Shown: positions 27,660 to 33,639 of the stretch, piece after piece
Numbering within the stretch: the first letter of the stretch is position 1
Layout: each line of letters opens with the position of its first letter
Program-made: the position numbers and the translations under genes
From: an uncultured cyanobacterium
GTDB taxonomy: Bacteria > Cyanobacteriota > Cyanobacteriia > Leptolyngbyales > Leptolyngbyaceae
Direction of reading: 5' to 3'
Length of the DNA stretch: 33,639 nucleotides
Assembly: GCA_963766075.1 (NCBI GenBank)
Contig: CAVYAN010000078.1
Span: 1 to 33,639, forward strand
Notes under the pieces: model-generated
The model's input: the letters and a program-made list of their open reading frames with translations, nothing else
Databases searched by the model: none
What the model was told of the DNA's origin: nothing

Positions 27660-28199
27660 CTAGAGCGCATTGGCAGATCCACCCGCATTAGCGGGGTAAA
27701 GCTGCTGCAACTCTGCCGGATCCATTTGCTCATATTTTTCAAAGGGCTGATGAATCCACGGGTTATCGGGAAGGTAGTCCACATAGAAATCTGGCGCAAT
27801 GACTGAGCATGCTTTGTACCAGAGCACAGCAGTGCGAACATTCTCGATATAAAAGCCATATTTCCGATCGAGCCAGAGCAGGGTTTTCTGCAAGGTCACC
27901 CCAGAATCGACCAAATCGTCCACCAATAAAACGTGGTTGCCTAGGTTCGCGGTAGTCATGGTCAAGTCCCGCGAGAAGGTGATGGCTCCTCGCATGCGGT
28001 TATCGGGACCGCCGTAGGAGGACGTGGCCATGATCGCTAAGGGCAAGTCAAAAATGCGGGCCAATATATCGCCGACGCGCAGGCCCCCCTTGGCTAAGCA
28101 GATAATTTGATTGAACTGGAAATCGGACTGATGCAATTTCAGCGCCAACTGTTCGATTTTTTGGTGGTAATCGTCCCAGGATACGTGGAGGTCTGACAT
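27660..28199 (-). CDS. Type I phosphoribosyltransferase (purine PRTase-like)
   Basis: CLAKGGL, PRPP loop VLLVDDLVDSGVT and WIHQPFE. Confidence 0.9.
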   Translation of the reverse strand: MSDLHVSWDDYHQKIEQLALKLHQSDFQFNQIICLAKGGLRVGDILARIFDLPLAIMATSSYGGPDNRMRGAITFSRDLTMTTANLGNHVLLVDDLVDSGVTLQKTLLWLDRKYGFYIENVRTAVLWYKACSVIAPDFYVDYLPDNPWIHQPFEKYEQMDPAELQQLYPANAGGSANAL

Positions 28200-28459
28200 G
28201 GAGGGGAGGAAAGTGTAGTGTTTAAGAAGATTGCGGATGTAGGATTTGGGGGATTGCCAATCCAGAAAATACCAGTAGTTGTAGTCAGGATTTGGAGTCA
28301 GGACTCAGCGATGATCTGAGGTGATGGTTAGGCATCACGGTGCCTAACCCCGAAGCACCCCATCGGAAACGGAAACGTAAAGTTTTAGTCGGTTTCTGGG
28401 TCTGCATCCTTTGCTTCTGTGGATGATACAACTGTTACCGCTCCTTCTTATCGTGCGTC

Positions 28460-29950
28460 ATGAACAATTTGCCTGATTCGTCGCCCTCAGAGTTGCCTTC
28501 AGAGCCGCCTACGCTGTCGCTGACTTTGCCTAAACTGAGCTTTGGCACCAAGTTGGCCTATGGGGCCGGGGATTTAGGGCCAGCGATTACGGCCAACATC
28601 CTGGCGGTGTTTTTGTTGATCTTTTTTACCGATGTGGCCGGACTCAAGGCGGGCATGGCGGGCAGTATTTTGATGATTGGCAAGATTTGGGATGCGATTA
28701 ATGACCCAATTGTGGGCATGTTGAGCGATCGCACCCACAGCCGCTGGGGCCGTCGTCATCCCTGGATGCTGTTTGGCGCAATTCCCTTTGGGATCACGTT
28801 TTTTTTGCAATGGCTGGTGCCGCGCTTTAGCGACAATACCGAGGCCAACCAGTGGGGGTTGTTCGCCTACTACGTTGTGATGGGCATTATTTTCAACACA
28901 TTTTATACCGTGGTGAATTTGCCCTATACGGCGCTGACGCCAGAGTTGACCCAGGACTATGACGAGCGCACCGGGCTGAACAGCTACCGCTTTGCATTTT
29001 CCATTGGGGGCAGCATTTTTTCCTTGGTATTGGCGTTGGCCGTGTTTGGTGCGGTCAAGGATCCGGTTCAACGCTACACCGTGTTGACCGCCATTTGTGG
29101 GGTGATTTCAGTCTTAGCCCTGTTTTGGTGTGTGGCGGGCACCCGTCGGCGAGTGGTGCTGACGGAGCGCCTGCGATTGGCCCATGCCACTCCCGAATCA
29201 GAACTATCCTACGCCCAGCAGTTAAAGGTGGCTTTTTCTAATCGTCCTTTTTTATATGTCATTGGGATTTATCTCTGCTCGTGGCTAGCGGTGCAGAATA
29301 CGGTGGCCATTATTCCGTACTTTGTCAAAAATTGGATGCGCTTGCAGGATGCTGATTTTACTAAGGTAGTGATTGCTGTACAGGTGACCAGTTTAGTGAT
29401 GCTGTTTGTTTGGGACCAAGTGAGCCGCCATTTGGGCAAAAAGGCGGTGTATTTTATGGGCATGACGGTGTGGGCGATCGCCCAAGTTGGTCTGTTTGCC
29501 CTCCAACCCGGTCAAGCTACGCTGATGTATGTTTTGGCGGTGCTAGCGGGTTTTGGGGTGTCTACGGCTTACCTTGTGCCTTGGTCGATGATTCCGGATG
29601 TGGTTGATTTGGACGAGTGGAACACGGGGCTGCGGCGGGAAGGCGTTTTTTACGGCTTTATGGTGCTGTTGCAAAAAGTGGCGCTGGCGATCGGGCTGTT
29701 TGTGGTGGGCTGGGTATTGCAACAGGCAGGTTTTCAAGAAACGGTTGCAGGGCAAACGCCTGTGGTCCAGCCTGATTCTGCGCTCTATGCCATTCGGCTG
29801 ATGGTGGGGCCGGTGCCGCTGATTGTGCTCTTGGTGGGCCTGGTGCTGGCGTACTTCTACCCCATTACCCGGGAGGTGCATGCCGAAATTTTGCTCAAGC
29901 TGCATGAGCGCAAAACCGCTCAAAGAAATTCGTCTACCCAGGAACCTTAA
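28460..29950 (+). CDS. MFS transporter, glycoside-pentoside-hexuronide (MelB-like) family
   Basis: KLAYGAGD, WDAINDPIVGMLSDRT..RWGRRHPW, ELTQDYDERT and RREGVFYG motifs. Confidence 0.92.
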   Translation: MNNLPDSSPSELPSEPPTLSLTLPKLSFGTKLAYGAGDLGPAITANILAVFLLIFFTDVAGLKAGMAGSILMIGKIWDAINDPIVGMLSDRTHSRWGRRHPWMLFGAIPFGITFFLQWLVPRFSDNTEANQWGLFAYYVVMGIIFNTFYTVVNLPYTALTPELTQDYDERTGLNSYRFAFSIGGSIFSLVLALAVFGAVKDPVQRYTVLTAICGVISVLALFWCVAGTRRRVVLTERLRLAHATPESELSYAQQLKVAFSNRPFLYVIGIYLCSWLAVQNTVAIIPYFVKNWMRLQDADFTKVVIAVQVTSLVMLFVWDQVSRHLGKKAVYFMGMTVWAIAQVGLFALQPGQATLMYVLAVLAGFGVSTAYLVPWSMIPDVVDLDEWNTGLRREGVFYGFMVLLQKVALAIGLFVVGWVLQQAGFQETVAGQTPVVQPDSALYAIRLMVGPVPLIVLLVGLVLAYFYPITREVHAEILLKLHERKTAQRNSSTQEP

Positions 29951-29967
29951 CCCAGGAAGGCCGTCAA
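29941..29967 (+). promoter_or_regulatory. ECF-type promoter (GGAAC-N17-GTCAA) upstream of sigG
   Basis: GGAAC at 29941-29945 and GTC at 29963-29965, 32 nt before the ATG. Confidence 0.6.
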
Positions 29968-29999
29968 GGAGGGTGGAACGATTTATGCTGAATCCACCC

Positions 30000-30659
30000 A
30001 TGAACCCTTCTCTTCCTGTATCCTGGTCATCGGTTATCACACCCCTTGCCAGAGCGCCAGTGCCAGTTGATAAACTCTCGAATCTTGACCTGATTGCCCA
30101 GTGCCAGCTTGGACAGCGCCCCGATCGGGCTGCCTTTGCGGAATTGATGCGGCGGTACCAGTCCCATGTGGACCGGGTGCTGTATCACTTGGCTCCGGAC
30201 TGGCAGGATCGCTCCGATCTGGCTCAGGAAGTCTGGATTCGGGTGTACAAGAATTTACATCGGCTCCAGGAGTCGGAAAAATTCCGGGGTTGGCTGAGCC
30301 GGATTGCCACCAATTTGTTTTATGACGAGTTGCGTAAGCGCAAACGCCACGCCACGCCTCTGTCACTGGATGCGCCCCTGTCCATGGAAGATGGCGAGAT
30401 GGGCTGGGAAATTGCCTCGGAGGCTCCCGGTCCCGAGGAAAATCTCACGACCCAAGAGTTTTATGGCGAGCTGAAGGCCGCGATCGCGGATCTGCCCGAA
30501 GCCTTCCGCACCACCATTGTCATGCGCGAAATCCAGGGCTTGCCCTATGAAGAAATTGCTGAAATTACGGGGGTTTCTCTGGGGACGGTTAAGTCTCGCA
30601 TTGCCCGCGCCCGCCTTCGCTTGCAATCCCAACTGCAAAACTACTTAGATGGAAAATAG
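30000..30659 (+). CDS. sigG: ECF RNA polymerase sigma factor SigG (alternative start 29985)
   Basis: DLAQEVWIRVY, FRGWLSRIATNLFYDELRKR and YEEIAEITGVSLGTVKSRIARAR; followed by an anti-sigma gene. Confidence 0.9.
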   Translation: MNPSLPVSWSSVITPLARAPVPVDKLSNLDLIAQCQLGQRPDRAAFAELMRRYQSHVDRVLYHLAPDWQDRSDLAQEVWIRVYKNLHRLQESEKFRGWLSRIATNLFYDELRKRKRHATPLSLDAPLSMEDGEMGWEIASEAPGPEENLTTQEFYGELKAAIADLPEAFRTTIVMREIQGLPYEEIAEITGVSLGTVKSRIARARLRLQSQLQNYLDGK

Positions 30660-30896
30660 AGAAAAGTGGGTAAAAATAGTCAAAGCCCGCCATTCTGTGG
30701 ATAGTTTTAAATTTAGCTAACAAATTTGTCTGATTTGGCATCCTGAAGGACAGTTTTTCTCTTCGCTCTCCTCGACGATCAGACTCGACGATCAGAAATG
30801 AGCTTGCTCAGCCATGGCTGATGGTGCTGTTCAACCCCAGTCTGTTTTCGCGATCGCCCTCGGTGCATTCACTTCCCAACCTCATGTAAAGCTGCA

Positions 30897-31472
30897 ATGA
30901 AATCTGATTTTCCTCCTCGCTCTCCCGAACCGCCGCAGTCCTGCCCAGAACAGAGACCTGAATCGGCGCTACCCCTTTCGACACTGCCGCGCGATCGCTT
31001 TGAACTGCTCAGTGCTTATATGGACGGAGAAGTCACTGCCGCTGAGCGCCAGCAGGTAGAAGAGTGGCTAGCCCACGATCCCATGGTGCAGAAGCTGCAC
31101 CTGCGGTTACTTGCCCTCCGTGACGGCTTCCAGGCTCTCCCGACCCCGGTGGCGGATCAATCAACCCAGCAAACGATTGATCGCGTTTTAGCGCGCATTG
31201 ATCGTCGTCCCAAGTTCCGGTTGCTCTGGGGAGGCGCTGCCTTGGCTGCGGGGATTGTGGGCGCAGTCACAATGCTATTTGCTGGGGAAGGAGCGTTCCA
31301 AACTGCCACAGCTCCATCGAGTCCCCTCGAGAAAACCCTAGGGCATGAGACGCCCTCGCCAAAGTCAGAGGCGATTCTGATCGCCCTAGACAAGCCTGTC
31401 GTGATGATTCCCAAGGCTCCGGTTTCAGTGCCGCTCACTGCGGATAAGACATTTGGGACTGCGGCTAAATAA
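30897..31472 (+). CDS. Transmembrane anti-sigma factor, SapG-like
   Basis: DRFELLSAYMDGEVTAAERQQVEEWL, a single TM helix, and position after sigG. Confidence 0.85.
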   Translation: MKSDFPPRSPEPPQSCPEQRPESALPLSTLPRDRFELLSAYMDGEVTAAERQQVEEWLAHDPMVQKLHLRLLALRDGFQALPTPVADQSTQQTIDRVLARIDRRPKFRLLWGGAALAAGIVGAVTMLFAGEGAFQTATAPSSPLEKTLGHETPSPKSEAILIALDKPVVMIPKAPVSVPLTADKTFGTAAK

Positions 31473-31567
31473 AGGCTTCCAGACGGTCTGGAAAAATGAC
31501 CCAGCTTGGCAGACTGGGGATTGAATTTGAGCTGGAATTTGAGCTGGAACCGTAATATTGCGTGAAG

Positions 31568-31610
31568 AAGCCAGAAGCCGGGAGTCGCTGAACTCTGGTT
31601 TCTGGCTTTT
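31568..31610 (+). terminator. Terminator of the sigG-anti-sigma unit
   Basis: AAGCCAGAAGCCGGGAGT...ACTCTGGTTTCTGGCTTTT; G-U pairs favour the + strand. Confidence 0.75.
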
Positions 31611-31660
31611 AACTTCTGGCAGTGAAAAATTTTCCGCTGGACGCGGTTTTCGGGGAACCG

Positions 31661-32575
31661 CTAGAGAACCTGCAATGTTCCCTGATGGCCATCCAGTAAG
31701 GCAGCAACTCCCACAGGCAACGCGGCATTGGGTCCGTCGTGGCCAAAGGGTAAACCCGCCACAATGGGCAGATTCAGGTCTCCCAGGCGATCGAGCAGTA
31801 CTTCCTCTACGGTGAAGCTGGGGAGGGTCGCAGGGGGAGCACACTGACTAAAGCGGCCAATGGCAATTCCGGCAATTTGTTCAAAGATTCCGGCCAGTCG
31901 CCATTGGGTCAACATGCGATCGAGGCGATAGGGGGCTTCGCCCACATCCTCGATCGCCAAAATCACGCCCGTGAAATCGGGCTGAATGGGTGTGCCCAGC
32001 AGATGGGTGGCCACGGTTAAATTGAGGGGGAGTAACTGGCCTGTGGCGGTGCCGCCCTGCCAGCCTTGGCCGACCAATGGCGCTAAGGGCCGACCCGTAA
32101 CCCAATCCCATAGGCGCTGCCTGGACCAGTCGGGTTCAGTGGCGATCGTCGTTAGCAGCGGTCCATGGACGCCGGAAATCCCCTGCTGGCTCAGACTCAA
32201 GAGCAGGGCCGTAATATCGGAAAAGCCGATTAGCCATTTGGGGGTAATGGGCTTTTCAGAGGCAGATTCTGGATGGCTCCAGGTCCAGTCTTCCAGTAGA
32301 CGCGCGCCCCCGTATCCCCCGCGTGCGCAGAGAATGCCACGACAGGTGGGATCGTGCCATGCGGTGCGGAGCTGTTGGCGGCGATCGCCATCCTTCCCGG
32401 CCAGATAGCCCCAGCGATCGTCATAGCCAGGAAGCAGATCCACTTGGTAGCCCTGCGATCGCCAAATCTCTAGACCTTGCTGGAAGGACTCCAATTCTCG
32501 GAGCGTGCCACTGGGCGCAATGACGCACAAGCGATCGCCGGATTGGAGCGGAGCAGGAGGCTGACAGCGTTGCAT
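31661..32575 (-). CDS. ldcA: LD-carboxypeptidase, S66 family
   Basis: CARGGYG, GFSDIT, IEDVGE and FGH motifs (Ser-Glu-His triad). Confidence 0.92.
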   Translation of the reverse strand: MQRCQPPAPLQSGDRLCVIAPSGTLRELESFQQGLEIWRSQGYQVDLLPGYDDRWGYLAGKDGDRRQQLRTAWHDPTCRGILCARGGYGGARLLEDWTWSHPESASEKPITPKWLIGFSDITALLLSLSQQGISGVHGPLLTTIATEPDWSRQRLWDWVTGRPLAPLVGQGWQGGTATGQLLPLNLTVATHLLGTPIQPDFTGVILAIEDVGEAPYRLDRMLTQWRLAGIFEQIAGIAIGRFSQCAPPATLPSFTVEEVLLDRLGDLNLPIVAGLPFGHDGPNAALPVGVAALLDGHQGTLQVL

Positions 32576-32651
32576 GCGGAATTCCCCAAAAATGCCTCTA
32601 ACATCCTAGTCGTCCGCGTCGTCTGCGGAACGCTGTCGTCTGGGGAACGCT

Positions 32652-32693
32652 TTAGATGGCACAGGTTAGATGGCACAGGTTAGATGGCACAGG
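32652..32693. repeat. Perfect 3 x 14-bp repeat containing the stop codon of the ThDP enzyme gene
   Basis: TTAGATGGCACAGG at 32652, 32666 and 32680. Confidence 0.95.
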
Positions 32694-33639
32694 CCAGTTC
32701 TCCAGCCCGCTTGGTAAAGCGCAGATTTTCCCGATAATCCACGGGACAGTCGATCACCGTGGGCACGTTCTGGGCCAGTGCCTCGCGCAAAATGGGAGCC
32801 AAATCCTGGCAGGTTTCCACGCGATACCCTTTCAAGCCCATGCTTTCCGCCAGTTTGACAAAATCCGGATTGCCAAATTTGACAAAGGCCGAATGCCCAA
32901 ATTGGTTTTGCTGTTTCCACTCGATCAGGCCATAGCCGCCATCGTTAAAAATCAGGGTCACAAACGGCGTGCCGATGCGCAGAGCGGTTTCCAGTTCCTG
33001 GCAGTTCATCATAAAGCCACCATCCCCGGTGACGGCGACCACGTTGCGGGTGGGATGGACCAGTTTGGCGGCGATCGCCCCCGGAATAGCAATCCCCATC
33101 GCGGCAAAGCCATTGGAAATAATGCAGGTGTTGGGGCGAGTGCAATGGTAGTGGCGGGCCATCCACATTTTGTGGGCACCGACATCGGAAATGGCGATAT
33201 CGTGTTCTCCTAGCACTTGGCGCAGATCGTAGATGATCTTCTGGGGCTTCACCGGAAAGCCCTCGTCCTTGGCGTAGTGGAGATAGTCGCGCTGAATCGC
33301 CTCCCGTAGAGCGGCGGTGTAGGGGGTGGACTTGTTGGCGCGATCGCACCGCTGCAAAATTTCTTGCAGGGCATCGGAAATATCCCCCACCACCTCGGCT
33401 ACCGGAATATAGCTGCTGTCAATTTCGGCGGGGGTCATGCCAATGTGAATAATGGGCAGTGTGCCATCGGGATTCCATTTTTTAGGTGAATATTCAATTA
33501 AGTCATAGCCGACACAAATCACCAAATCCGCCCGATCCAATCCACAGTTAATGTAGTCCCGCTGCTGCAACCCCACCGCCCAGAGGGCCAGAGGATGCTC
33601 ATAGGGTATGACGCCCTTGCCCATAAAGGTGTTGGCCAC
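32680..33639 (-). CDS. 3' part of an acetolactate-synthase-like ThDP enzyme, probably cyanobacterial 2-oxoglutarate decarboxylase (5' end lies outside the window)
   Basis: SDVGAHKMW, SNGFAAMG and the ThDP motif GDGGFMM...FND; the ORF is open at the window edge. Confidence 0.85.
   Translation of the reverse strand: MANTFMGKGVIPYEHPLALWAVGLQQRDYINCGLDRADLVICVGYDLIEYSPKKWNPDGTLPIIHIGMTPAEIDSSYIPVAEVVGDISDALQEILQRCDRANKSTPYTAALREAIQRDYLHYAKDEGFPVKPQKIIYDLRQVLGEHDIAISDVGAHKMWMARHYHCTRPNTCIISNGFAAMGIAIPGAIAAKLVHPTRNVVAVTGDGGFMMNCQELETALRIGTPFVTLIFNDGGYGLIEWKQQNQFGHSAFVKFGNPDFVKLAESMGLKGYRVETCQDLAPILREALAQNVPTVIDCPVDYRENLRFTKRAGELACAI

Noticed and set aside
29823..29999. N-terminal extension of SigG given in the ORF track
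   Set aside because: It overlaps the MFS gene in another frame; the SigG-like sequence starts at MNPSLPVSWS (30000).

Overview
Cyanobacterial chromosomal window. Roughly 50 HIP1 GCGATCGC octamers were counted by eye, and it carries apcABC, psb30 and sigF/sigG. It is almost entirely core genes: sigF, cyclophilin, panC-cmk, an alpha/beta hydrolase, a pilin-GH-domain lipoprotein, a LysM/M23 nlpD-like gene, trmL, gshA, amt, an SGNH hydrolase, a PPTase, apcABC, CRR6, a gmhB-like HAD, purU, an atypical receiver protein, psb30 (missing from the ORF track), ykgJ, two half-size UPF0016 genes, grxC-gshB, a Zn protease, a VanY-type peptidase, an AEC transporter, an MshEN-like protein, a PRTase, a GPH-type MFS, sigG with its anti-sigma, ldcA and the 3' part of a ThDP enzyme (probably 2-oxoglutarate decarboxylase). 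I found no mobile element, CRISPR array, rRNA or tRNA, and I cannot support a wholly new multi-gene system. The best leads are: single-base frameshifts splitting nlpD and probably the amt N-terminus; two phased CRP-type boxes ahead of nlpD; a structured apcB-apcC intergenic element; a D-to-E pseudo-receiver next to decayed GNAT/TPR-like remnants; a perfect 19-bp palindrome upstream of purU; and many 12-18 bp tandem duplications, three of which copy a gene's own stop codon.
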